Shown piece by piece: positions 26,851 to 39,764 of a DNA stretch of 64,000 bases. Within the stretch, counting starts at the first letter, position 1, and each line of letters opens with the position of its first letter. The DNA comes from Gnetum montanum (Eukaryota; Plantae; Gnetophyta): positions 1 to 64,000 of the forward strand of contig MNCI01001382.1 of the NCBI GenBank assembly GCA_015680685.1. Reading direction: 5' to 3'. The position numbers and the translations under genes were made by a program. The notes under the pieces were generated by a model that was not told where the DNA came from, did not search any database, and saw only the letters and a program-made list of their open reading frames with translations.

Positions 26851-28499
26851 TGTAGCCATAGTAAAAGCTTATTTAGAATAGAAAACTATTTTACTCTTCT
26901 AGAAAAAGAAAAATTAGGCATATCAACAATTTTTATTTTGAGTAATGTACTACAACCATGAGTTTTTCCTTGATTCACATAGCCATGTTTAGAAAAAATT
27001 CAAAGCCTTTGTTTTTTATGTAGAAAAAATTTATCAATTTAGATAATAATTCAAAAATGGCACAAATATCCTCATTACACATGCTTAATAAAAAATTCAT
27101 TTTAAGCCCAATCAAAGAGATTCTACCTCTGTTGTAAATCTGAAGCCAAGGCCTATGTAGACACAACCTAAAAATAGCAAAAATCCTTGTCATTTTCTTA
27201 TAAAAAATTCACAAATCTACATGAAATTACAAAAGTGGCACAAACAACCTAATTGCACAACATTAGGAAAATGGCCATAACTTCCTCATTTCAAGGTTAA
27301 ATTTAATAAGACAAAAACCATCAAAAAGCTTAAACAAAAGGATACAAACCTATAACCTTTAATTTTACAAATATGTAGTCATTCTACTAAGAAAAATATA
27401 CAACTTGACATGCTTTTTTTTTATCAAAACTTCAAAAATCTCAAAACCTAAATTTCATATAGCCATTAAAATGGTTGAAATAAAAAAAGCTATTGAAACC
27501 CATCTAAATTCACATCAAAATAATGGGATAGGATTTTGTTAAAATTTAATTTTAACAAATCCTATGGCCTAGATCTAAAAAAATGGCCATACCCCAAGAT
27601 TTTGAGAAAAAAGCATAAGACAACAAGCCCTATTTTCAAAATTAAAATAGTAGAAGCCAAAATAGGAGATGGTATTTCATCAAAGTTCCATTTTAATCCC
27701 TCTACTAAATTAGATCGAAATAAATGGCCTCGACATCTAGGAAGCAAAAAGCTAAAGAAATCACAAAAAATAAAGGCAAAAATAGGTAGAACTACCTACC
27801 TTGGAGTAGTGGCAAATGGGGCCTAAATAGAGATAGGCCTAGAAACCTCTGATAAATCCATAGAATGCTAATCCATCCTATGGATTGTAGAATTCTTGCT
27901 CTTTCCCCCATGCTACGTTCATCCCATGGCAAGCTCAACATTGAAGAAGATGAAAATTAGGAAAAGATAGTAATTCTACGCTAGCTGTAGGGGAGATGGG
28001 AGGCTTCCATGCTAAAGATTAGTTGTGGTTGCCACAAGAATTTCTATTAGAGCTTTGCTCCAATGCACTATTGCTGTAGAATGATAATTATGATAAAAAA
28101 TTGCAAAAATTGACATACAAAACCCATCTGAAACCTAAACAAAACCCTAGCTACCAATTTAGTGCACCATAACTACAAATGCACTAAAGAAAAAGGGGTG
28201 AAAGTATATTTCACATTAGTTTTGGAAGGGAAACAACACTTTTCAAAATTTTAAATTTTTGGAGTGTAGGCCCCACCCTGCACCTTCACTTTTGACAAAA
28301 ACTTGCATGAACACTAAGATTTTTACCAATTTTGACACTTAAAACATTATGAAAACCTTCACCCCATGAATCCATGCTACAAATATCATGCCTAGTGTGG
28401 AAACATTCTTATCACTTTACAAATTCATTAGACATACAAATTCTATTTTTGGTAACCCAAACTTGCCTTTTTCAACCCCAAGTTTCCAAAATTGAGCAA

Positions 28500-31350
28500 G
28501 ACACGAGTAAGGCTAACCACCATGGATTTCCATGCTATGGAAGCCATCCCTAGCATGGAAGAAGGGGTGAAACACTCACTCTTGCCTCCCAACACTCATA
28601 TATCACAAGTTTGATCCCAAAGTGGGGCCCACATGATCTAGAACCCCTCCAAGCATCTATGGCAACCTTGAAATCCCACCAAACCTAGTTAGAAATGGTT
28701 GAAATCTAGGATTTGGTGTTTTCCATGCTAGAGAAGCTTCTTCCACGTTGATCCTCTCACCCTTATTGTGGATAGATGGATGGGAAACAAAAAATGGCCT
28801 AAATGATGACCTAATGACCATTTCTTGATGCTTGGTAATCCTTAGACCCTGCAGAAACCCTCTCGAGCTACCAAAAAACTCAAAATGGGTCAAATATGGT
28901 ACAAAATTGTCATTACCCTCTCATCCATGCTAGGGAAATAATTCCAAACGTGGAAGAAATAATGGAGATTGCATGAGGCACTTAGAAGCCTCCAAACTAG
29001 CAAATCTTAGCACCCAACATTGACCATTGACACCGGCAACCCTAGAAGTTGACATGCATGGTCAATCAACTATAGATTTTTCCTAGATCTAACATTATTC
29101 ACTTAGGGAGACCTCTTAAATGCTAATAATTCCTCCCAAAATGTGGAAAAAAGGGAAATCTTGAGAACCCCTTCATAGCCACTACAACAACTAGATCTTG
29201 TTTGTAGGCACTGATAGCCAATGTTAGGAACCCTGTCAGCACTCATGCATAGTAAGATTGATAAAAAATGATAAGAAACAATTTCCCCTAGTTTTCCATG
29301 CTAATCATGAAAGCCTTGGTGTGGAAAAATGGGGGGAAAGCCCAGAAAATGCCTTATGACCATTTAAACAATCAAATTTCAATGTCAAATGGAAACAGTT
29401 GATACTAGTAATCTTAGAGGCATGAATGCATGCCCAAAAGCAATCAAAATTGATCAAAAATATTTCCCCAAAATTTTCCATGCTAATCATAGAAGCCAAA
29501 ACATGGAAACATGGAAAAAGCCCAAAAATTACCTAGAAATTCTTGAAATAACTAAATTTTGATGTCAAGTAGCAGTAGTCGACACTAGCAATCTTAAAAG
29601 CCTACATGCATGTCCAAAAGTAACCATAGAGGATCAAAAAGCTTTCCCCCAAAATTTCTACATTGAGTGTGAAATCCCTAGTGTGGAAATGTGGGGGGGT
29701 CTAGAATATGCCTAGTGACCCTTGGAACCATCAAAATTTGACATCGGATGTTAGCAATTAAGACTAACAACCTTGTGAATGCACATGCATGACTGAAAGT
29801 GATCATAAAGCACTAAACAATTTTTTTCCAAATTTTTCACACTGAGCATGGAAGCCCCAACATGGAAAAATGGTGGAAGGTCCAGAAACCACTCATCAAC
29901 CTTCAAAAAAGAAAAATTTTGACACTAGGCATTGACCATTATTACTAGTAACCTTAGGGACCTACATGCATGATAGAAAATGATGCAAAAACATGAAAAT
30001 CTATTTTTTGACATATTTCCATGCTAATCATACTATTCATAGCATGCAAAGAAGTGAGAATGTCCAAAAAGCATATAGAAATGCTCAAAATTTTTAAAAC
30101 TTAAGACCAAACCCTAGTCCTCAACCCCTATAGCCTCAAAAGCTAACATGCACAGTTGATTGAGGTTAATATTAGCCTAGATCTAAGTTGTGTATTTCTT
30201 CCAAGCTAAGGATGGTATCCCTAGCATGGAAAATTAAGGGAGGAATTTTTTTGAGGCTTGTAAACACCTCAAAATCACATCAAACGACCTTTCATGCACT
30301 ATAGAACCCTAACAATAGCCATTGAAATCCTTGGACTTTACAAAATTGATCCCAAATGGCAAAAACCCAATCCCAATTATTTTCCATGTTGATCTCTCCA
30401 TAATTAGTGTAGAAAATTAGGGGAAATCAAAAAAATCACTTAGGGAAGTCCAAAACTACTAAATTTTGATATGGATCCATAGCCCTTAATCTTAGCAACC
30501 CAGGAGGTGACATGCATAGTTGATTGTGATCCAAATTGATCTAGATCTAGGATTATTTCTTCTTCCATGCTAGAGTAACTTTCCTAGAGTGGAAAAAATA
30601 TGGAAAGCTAATTTTCCACTTTTGGAAGCAAGATGGCATTCTTGGAAGCCAAAGATCTATGTCAGAGAAGCCTAGGACTTCACAACCTTAAGATTTTTCT
30701 TCTTTGACCTTCTTTCAGCCTCCAAAATCCATTCCCCAAATTCTTCCATGCTAGAGTAACTCTCCTAGCATGTAAATATTGGGGGAAGACCTTGACTTCC
30801 CTTAAAAAACCTTCAAACATGTCTGAAATGAGCCAAAAACTTGTAGAATTGAAGTCTATACCCCTAGGGGCCTAAAAACCTAATCAAAGTGCCCCTAAAC
30901 CACTTTGAATTCATAAAATAAGTATCCCCTTAATGTTTCATGCTAAGAATACTATGCCCAACATGGAAAAATGGGGGAATCCATTTCAACACCTATTAAC
31001 ACTTAAAATGACCTCAAATTACCCTAGAATGAAACAAAGAGATGCATAAGCTCTAAATCTAGACTCTAAGTACCTATTTGACCATGTTTGACATTATTTT
31101 TATTTGGATTTTGGTTCTCCATGCTAAATCCCCTCTTTTCCACATTGGCCAATGTGGAAACAAGGGGGGAAGGATTTAGAACTTGCTCTTTGGCCTTTAC
31201 AAACCTTTGGACTACTTAATTTTAAGCAATATGATCCTACGATGCCTTCATAAGGCCCAAGACCTTAATTTTGGTCCTCTGAGCATCCTAAAACCTATTT
31301 TTCCTTAGTCTCCATATTAGTGGCCCCTATTTCCATGCTAAGCCTAGCAT
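28500..31350 (+). repeat. Tandem array, ~180 bp period, motif TTCCATGCTA...AGCATGGAAA
   Basis: Motif pairs at ~28528, 28721, 28924, 29294, 29476, 29656, 29835, 30016, 30198, 30381, 30562, 30743, 30936 and 31117. Confidence 0.85.
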
Positions 31351-31997
31351 GAAAGCCTCAAAACACTTGATTTTTGGGTCCAAACAACCTAGAAATAGCC
31401 TTGATTGATATCTAAACTCACCTAATAGCCTTATAGCCTCAAAACATGGCCCACTAAGGCCTAAAGTTGGCAAAACATAACGATTCTTGACCTATATTAA
31501 CTAAATTTTATCATATATAACCTATTTTTCTTGATTTTTACCTTATTACATAATGTTTTGGCTTCATTTTTTTACTTATGTTGCCTTGATGACATGCTTG
31601 AAATTCTATAGCCTTTATACAGCTTTATATATTTATTGTTTTTTTTATTACAACTCTATTTTTCCTTTTTTAGCCTTTAAATGGTATCAAGTAGTGGGGT
31701 TTGACCTTTCGTGACAACCATTTGACACCATGTGACCATGGCCCACTAAGGCCTTCAATTGGTAAAATTGTGACCATTATTGATCATTTGTAGCCTTTTA
31801 TTTCCCCTTGTTCAAACTTTATGTGATCCATTATTCACCTCCATTGCACCTTTTCGAGTTAACCTCATCTCATTGATGACTTTGGATGGGCTTGATTGCA
31901 TTAGAGTTGCATATATTTTATGGCATTTTAACATTATTTATTCACTTTTACCCAAGTTCCACTTAATATGCTTTTGGTTAATATGTAGGATCAAAGT

Positions 31998-32550
31998 ATG
32001 AGTACCTGGGAGAAAATCAGTTTACCTTTATGTCTACAAGAACCTCATAGTGATATTAAATGGTGTATCAACCTTGATTGCTTAGATCTTGAACTTGAGA
32101 GTCTTGTAGATCACATAGACTCAATAGAGAAACCTCTAGAATGGCCTAAAAACCTAGTCAAAACTCTTGACTTAGAAGCTAGAGACATAATTGAAGATCC
32201 TCTACTTAAAGTTCCTATTACAACACATAGTGGTGAGGAGAAAACCCTTAAACTAAGTTCCTTACTAGAGCCTCAATGTGCCTAGGACATCACCAATGTC
32301 TTATAGGAGAACATTAAGGCATTTTATTGGTCATATGAACATATTCCAAGCCTAGCTTGATGTCTAGTCTAGCACAACATCATAGTGGCTTCTAGCATTC
32401 GACCAATTAAGTAAAAAGTGTGCAAGATTAGAATTGATTTGGCCTTGGTAGTTCATGATGAAATCTGAAAGCTCTACCAAGGAAGTTTCATTAGGGATGT
32501 TGATTATGTAGAATGGATATCCAACATAATGGTAGTCCCTAAAAAATGGG
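31998..32550 (+). pseudogene. pol: 5' part of the pol/RT exon of B, truncated
   Basis: MSTWEKISLPL...AFYWSYEHIP...FIRDVDYVEWISNIMVVPKK, then an abrupt break. Confidence 0.88.
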
Positions 32551-35274
32551 AGTACTCCTTCTTGTTTCAATGGATTAACTAAAATTCATGCTTGGCTTTA
32601 GCCTCTGCATGTACAAGGAGTAATATGAATTGAATCTTAGTGCATACATAGTTGTAGTGCTCTTCATTGAGCAAAGTGAATTCTAGAATTTTTCCTTGTA
32701 GACTAGTAATTATCTACATTTGGCTATAGCAAGGTCCCTAGGATTGTAGATCCTCACTCCATCCTAGTTGGATGTTCTTTTGGACATGTCAATAGGAAAA
32801 ATGATTGACTTTCCAAAAGACATTATTAGAAATGTTGATTTTAACATTGTACTATTTTTATTAATAATTTTCGTAAGTTAGGATTGCCAAATGATGCAAT
32901 TGGCTATAAATGAAAAATGAAGTGTAAATGGTGTACACCATTCTTGGAAAGATGATGTTGATGTTTGTTAAGTTGGTAATACCAACTATGCTGGTTTTTC
33001 AAGTGCATCTATGCTAGAAAGAGTTTCAATAGATAACTATATTTTCTAGCCAACTATGTTGTAGTAGTTACTAAAAAATGGATTTTTACTTGGGAAAAAA
33101 AATTGGAAAATTTCTAGCCAAAGGATGTACGTTGGGTTTACAACTAAAAGGTGAAAACTTTTAGTATTCCAATGATCATGATAGAGTCTTAGAGATGGCT
33201 ATGCTGGCTTTTTGGCTAAAAAATTTCACAGTAGAGATTTTGGGTTTTGAAATGGCCTACACTGGATTCTAGATGTCTAGTGCAATTTTCAAAAGGTAGA
33301 AAATTGCAAGTGCTTCTATGACTACACTACATTTCATAAAATTCAACAACTGTTGTGAAAATGTAGTGTAAACCCAAATCCCCCACCCTAACTACATTGG
33401 GTATTGTCGATATGAAATTGGATGCCATCATTCATTTTGGGAATTAATTGTGAAAATTTTTGGTTTTCGCCCAAGACTACACTAGACTCCTAGCAGTGAC
33501 TATGCTAACTTCTTACTATAGAATTTCATAGTAGAGGTGTTGTTGGGTGTTGAGATGATCTATGTTGGTGTTTAGAAGTCCAGTTTAAGTTTCAAAGGGA
33601 AAAAATGTAGGTGTTGTTACTGACTATGCTAGGTTTGGAAGATTCCAACAACTATTGTGAAATTGTAGTGAAAACCCAAATCACCACCTCAAATATGTAG
33701 GTATTTTGGATGGGAATTGGGCTACCAACATTGGGTTTTACTACAAAAAATTATAGGTATTAAAGGTTACAAAAGTAAAAAAAAGTTTAAAGAATGTTAA
33801 AAATATGTTTTGGTTGAGAATTCAAGTGAATGCCCTCCTTCTAGCACTAGAAAACTATAGCACTTGGAAAATTCAGTTGCTAAAAAACCAAGATACCCAA
33901 GTTGCTAAAAAATTCAGTTGCTAATACAATTTTAACCTTGAATCCCAAGGACATCCAAAAATAGGATTTAAGGTACCTTTGATGGTATTGTCAATTAGCT
34001 AGGGACTTACAAAATGTAAATAAGAAAATAAATTATAAATACAAACAAAAATGTATTAACATAGAATGAAACATTTAATAAATTTTCATTACAAATGAAC
34101 TGAAAACTTTATTAAATAAAATTGTAAATTTTAAGTACAAATGTTATGCCCAAACAATAAGAAGTTGGCCTAAGTGCATCATGGAGATCAAGTGTAGAAA
34201 TGATAAGATGTTTTCTACACTTGATCTCCATGATCCAAGTACTTCCTAGTTCCAATGCCTTACAAGTCCTTGCTAGTTTTCTATTTAGATCTACAACTAT
34301 GACTATGGGTAGTGGTAATAGTGGTACAAGCGTTTCTTCTCCAATGGTATTGCACCAAGGGTTTCTAATACTTAGCATATACACTAGGATGGAATTCAAG
34401 TTATTAAGGATGAAAAATGGCAATTGATTATTCAAAATTGTTGAAACAATTGAATTTGATACTATTGAAAGAGTTCAGAACCCCAATATGGTGTTCAAGA
34501 TTGGGTTTTATAGGCTTTAGGGTGCTGATTTAATGTTGCAAATTACTACCATGACTTATGATAGATTTATTGTAGGTGTAATAGGTATAATTTTCAATGT
34601 AGTTGATTAATTTTGGTAAGTCTTGATGTACCTAGGTCACCAAAACTCATCCCCATACTAAAAGTAGTAAACGGACTTTTGTGGCTATGTTGGTCTTCAC
34701 CTTAACTATGATGTCCTTGAAGACTATGTTGAGTATTGTCAAAATCTATTTAAATCATGGTGACTATGCTAGCCAAACTATAGTTGTTGAAGATCTAGTT
34801 AACTACACTATTCATGGTATCACAACTAGGAAGTTGCCTTGAATATGCTATCCATTCTTGAAAAAATGGAAAACCCAAAAACACCAATGTTGGTTTTGTA
34901 GCTACACTAGGTTTTTTGGTAACTATGTTGGGTGTTGTTGCTAGCAATTGAAAACAAAACACCATCTACATTGGGGGCATGTAGCTCTAGCATAGTTGAG
35001 GTTGTGCCTCTACAAAAACCCATTACAATGCCAATATTGATAGTCTCCAAGGTACTTTTAACCTTCCCAAGCCCATATATAGACATAATAGCACTTTTTC
35101 CACTTAGGAAGAAAGGAAATCACAACTTATGAGGCATTTTTTAGCCACAGCAAGTTAAAGTATGTTAGATTGTAGCTCATGGACTATATGATCTTACATT
35201 TACCATGAATTCTTATGCCAAGTCAACTAGTAAAGGTTAAAATTTATAACATGTGCTTTCTAAGTGTTGTTTCA
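32551..35274 (-). mobile_element. Element F: 5'LTR (~33856-35274), PBS, leader and gag start of an older relative of Y
   Basis: Minus LTR start TGAAACAAC at 35274 and a decayed PBS. The gag peptide LQGK..HYNYVCTKIQ (32560-32710) matches LQGR..QYNFICLKIQ in Y. Confidence 0.8.
33833..33849 (-). promoter_or_regulatory. Decayed tRNA-Asn PBS of element F
   Basis: Plus strand ccctccttctagcacta versus ccctccttctagcgcca in Y; both differences are transitions. Confidence 0.82.
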
Positions 35275-35279
35275 ACATT

Positions 35280-35650
35280 ATACTGAATGAACTTAGGCAT
35301 GTCCCAAATTTGAAATAACTTGTGTATCCCTAGTGTGTGGGAATCATCATGCTAGTCACCTTCTACTCAAGTGCTAGTACCATCTATCATACACTTGGTA
35401 ATATGACTAATAGAGCTTGGTAGAAGTATCTCTACTATAACAACTACACTTTCAGTGGCCAAGTATGACCAAAAAATCACACTAATGGTCTCAAGAAAAA
35501 ACACTAAGAACTTTTTCGTCCTAGACCTAAACCATAAAGTGCCATGATCAAGGATCATGTTGGTAGGCAAACTAATTTTTCCTAGCATATTTATGTAACA
35601 AAAAATCCCAAATGGTTCCACATTTAGTAAGATAGGGCTTGAAAAGGCCC
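35280..35650 (-). pseudogene. Antisense cargo exon in C, interrupted by insertion of F
   Basis: ORF 35367-35621 (LDHGTLWFRSRTKKFLVFFLETISVIFWSYLATE..IVEILLP) is homologous to A 7332-7622. Confidence 0.72.
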
Positions 35651-37479
35651 TACATAACCAACAAACAAAGTATTAAAACATAAGATAACAATTAACAATA
35701 CAACTGTTGAAAAACAAGATAACAATGCATAAAATTGAACAACACTTAACAACAACCAAAATCATTAACTTCAACCATAATGAAAATCAAAATTCAGCCT
35801 ATTAACTTTTTGACAAATAAAAAAAATAAGTAAAAAACCAAGTAGCCTAGAATAACGAGGGCAATTCCATAGTTAAGAACAAATGCATAAAAATTATAAA
35901 AATTTTATTTCAAGCACTAAGTAATGGAAGCAGACCTGTAGTAAGTTAAAACCTATGATAACAATGTGTAACAACTATAAAAATGTCTTCTTAAAGTTGA
36001 TAAAATGTTTGCTAAAAAGACTAGTTTACACTAAAACAACTATAGTAAAAACTTTGTGAAAGCTAGAGAACAATTTCAAAAAAAATTCAAAATGTTGTTT
36101 AGTATTCTTCCACACCATGTAAATGACCATTATAAGTCTTATACATAACTTTAAAAAATCAAAAATTCACCAATGCTACCATTGCATGGTAGGAAGCTTG
36201 CAGGCTCAAGAATTGAAACTGCAATTGTACTAGGTAGTTTACACAACTAAAACATTGCAAAGAAATAATTTTAAAAATTTATTATAGCTCTAGAAATCAT
36301 AAAATAGCATAAAAAAACTTAAATCATATGCCAAAACTACAATAACATACATAAAAAAATTCAAGTTATGACTCAAAATCACTTATATTGTTTTCTAGAA
36401 AAATCTAATTTGCAGTGAAAGAGCTACAGTCAAACCTCTGGGAAAATTATAGAAACAATTTTAGAAAATTCAAAATATTATGTCAATATATTCTAAATTT
36501 TCCTAAAAATCCATAGGAGGTTGGGATGTTGCCAAAGAAAATTTATGATGGGGCAACACTATCAATATTTTGAGGTGAAAGTATGAAAAAATAGAAAAAA
36601 TGTTATGCAATGGTCTTTGAAAAAAATCATAACAAATTAATTGAAACTAAAAAAATAGAGATTCTACCTCTAGTGAAATCACTAAACCTTAGATGATGAT
36701 CCCATAAACTCAAAATTTGCAAATAGATCACAATAACGTTAATAAAAAATTGCAAAATTTGACTATTTTTTGGCAAAATTAGGGAAAAAATGCATAGAAT
36801 GCTCTTGGAAAAAAATTTAAATTTTTGTAGGTTAGGTCCCTAAAACCAAAATCATAATCTGTATGCAATCATGCAACCTAAATCCAAGGTTTGACACAAA
36901 AAAAACAAAAATTTTTCAAACAAGCAAGCCTAGGCAATAGAAAATACCTTCACATTGTAGGAAAAAATTGGCAAAAAATAGTTAAAGATGGGTACATAGC
37001 CATCATGATTGAAGGGTACTTGCAAATGGAATAATTGGGAAGCTAAGAGATGTCCATTTTAGTAGTGTCCACTTCCTCCAATCTAGAGGTTTTGACATCT
37101 TGCAAAGTGGAAGTAAATCTTGAATTCCCCTACAATTGTGCTACCTCTAAGTAGTAAAAGATAAAAAATAAGCTCTTAACTAGTTAGCTTTGAATCCAAT
37201 AATAGCCAAAATCATTTTTCTAGGTGCTACCTCTACTAGAAACCAATCTTAAAAAAATGATATGCACAAAATTTTTAATGTTGGAACCCTCCTAATATTT
37301 ATGCAGTTCAATGGAAACCAATGATCTCAATGTTCACAAAGGAAAATTATTTTTACACTAGGTTTACTAAGGGCTTGTACATAGAAAACCTTTGAACCTT
37401 GGATGGACCTCAGTATATGTCACAAAAATAAACCATGAAACATCTCGATACAATGGGATTTATAACATTCACAAATTTT

Positions 37480-39100
37480 TACATTGGGGATTAATGCCTA
37501 ACCAAACATCCAGGCCATGAAACAAGTTGTAGGCCTCAACCATGGCTAAAATACACCTCTAGTAGATCATCCTTAATTCATGGTAATTAGTACAATTACA
37601 TTCATTTTTTAGAACCCTAGACATTGCTACTGGAAAACCTCTTGATGCTAGGAGACGACTTGAAATAGTTGGAACAAATCACCTAAGTTTTTTTTACACT
37701 GGCTACATAGAAAAAATATGCTAGCCAATGTATTTATGAGGGAACTAGAGATAAAATACTTACATGAAGCCTTCAATGACCCTTCAAACTATCAAGCCCA
37801 ATTTAAAAGCCTAGCCAAAGCCTTCAATAGTCACAAAACACAAAAAATCATGTCACAAGGTATCAAAACTTGTTAGTCCTCCATTTTTACATTAGCATCA
37901 CATGATAAATACTATGGAAAGTGTATTTATATGTGGGAAGAACATAAAATACATAAATAAGACCTAAATGATCTTCAAAATTTTCAACCCTTACCTTGAA
38001 ACCTACCCGGAGCCTCCGATAGCCTTGAAACACTAATCAATAAGTCAAAAAGTGGTTGAAATTGATCAAACCTATAAAAATACATTAGAACTACAAAGGA
38101 AGTATGCTTGTTAGGGTATAAATCATCATAAAGATAAAGGACATGAATTCCACCAATCCAAATTGCCTCAAGATGCCACATTATAGTTACCAAACCTAGT
38201 CAGAGCCTTTGATAGCCATGGAAACTAAAAGATCAAGAAAAAAAGTGGTTAAAACTAGTAGATTCCTAAATTTTGCATTGGTGTTACAATAAAAATATGC
38301 TAGCCAATGTATTTATGAGGATGATGGAGATTAAATGAGTAAATAGAGCTACTGGTAATCTTTTCAATTATCAATCCTAGCCCTACACCCTAGCCATAGA
38401 TCCTAGTGACCTCGGAGGCCATGAAATTAGTTTGAATGAATACCAAAGTTTCCTAGACACCAAATTCCACATGAAATACACTAGGTACCTAGCAAAAATA
38501 CACAATCTAGTGTATTTTTTATTTGTATGGAAATTTGGACAAGCTTGGGATACTCCAAATTTCTCAAAATCCAACTAGATAAGCCTGGGACCCTAGAGCC
38601 TAAAGCCAACTATAGTTTGACCTTAGGTAGGCATGAAAATTTTCACTTTGCTCATTTTTACACTAAGGTGATGGAAAAAATATAGTTTTCAATGTGTTTT
38701 TCCCCATGAAAACTCCAAAATGAACTTTTGTTAACTCATTTGAACTTCAAAATAGTCATTTTTCAATGGTGAGATCCCTACACTACTTTGGAAGCTTGAT
38801 GAAGCCAAAATCCGAAGTTTAGCACATCATGGAATAATTGCTTCCATAAAAATACACTGAGGCCTAGGAAAAATATGCTTGCTAGTGTATTTTATAGGCC
38901 TTGGTAGCTTAGAATGACTTTGACATGTTAAATCAACCTCAAAATTGGCTCATTCTCTATCCTCAATCATTGTATTGACAATCCACGGCTTCGAAGTCCA
39001 AAAAAATAGTTAAGACAAACCCCCATAATTAAATTCCATGAAACATATGCTAATACCACATAGAAAATATGCTAGCCATCATATTTTCTACTAGTGCCAA
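37480..39100 (+). repeat. Degenerate array, ~190 bp period, motif AAATATGCTAGCCAATGTATTT
   Basis: Motif variants at ~37715, 37905, 38100, 38294, 38476, 38870 and 39065. Confidence 0.72.
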
Positions 39101-39764
39101 TGTAAAAATAACAAAATACCTTATTCCAACCTTCAAACAAGCTCTAAACGACCACTTCGACTACTTAAATTCTACCACGTGCCCTAGAACTTCCCACCAT
39201 GGCTTGCTAAGGCCTAAAACATGAAAAATATTATCATGATTGATCATGTTTTACCATGTTTGATCATATGTGACCCAACCTTGCCTTTTTTTTACCTTAT
39301 TTCACTATCTTTTAACTTTACTTGACCTTATTTCACATTGTCTTCATATCATTTATATATCATTTAGTGCCATTTGATCTTATTTTTTATCATTTTTACA
39401 TCATTTGGCCTTTTTTGATTATTTAGCATTGTTTCGAATTTAATAGAGTTGACTTGATATCATTTGATGTCAATAAGGCCTTATTTAACCCTATTTGAAA
39501 CCATTTTATGTGGTTTTGACCATCATTTAACCTTCATTTAATCTTGTCCTACATAATTTAGCCTTTGTTTCATTTTGTTTTACCTAAATCTACTCCTTGT
39601 AACCTCCATTAACCATGTTTTGATCTTGTTTGACATTGATTTTATTTGTTTTGACCTATATATGCTTTATTAATAGTGTATTTTACATTGTTTTAACATT
39701 GTTTAATTATTATATCACATAGGTGCCACTTAATATGCTTATGGTTGATGTATAGTGTTGGAGT

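Larger units (their letters stand above)
18790..32550 (+). mobile_element. Element B (probably a composite of two copies joined near 25485): gag 3' half, protease, spacer, start of RT
   Basis: gag zinc-knuckle and protease motifs, an antisense gene remnant, and an RT exon at 31998 truncated at ~32550. Confidence 0.8.

Noticed and set aside
34112-34435. 107-aa and 75-aa overlapping ORFs
   Set aside because: They lie within the LTR of F and have no recognisable motif or homologue elsewhere in the window.
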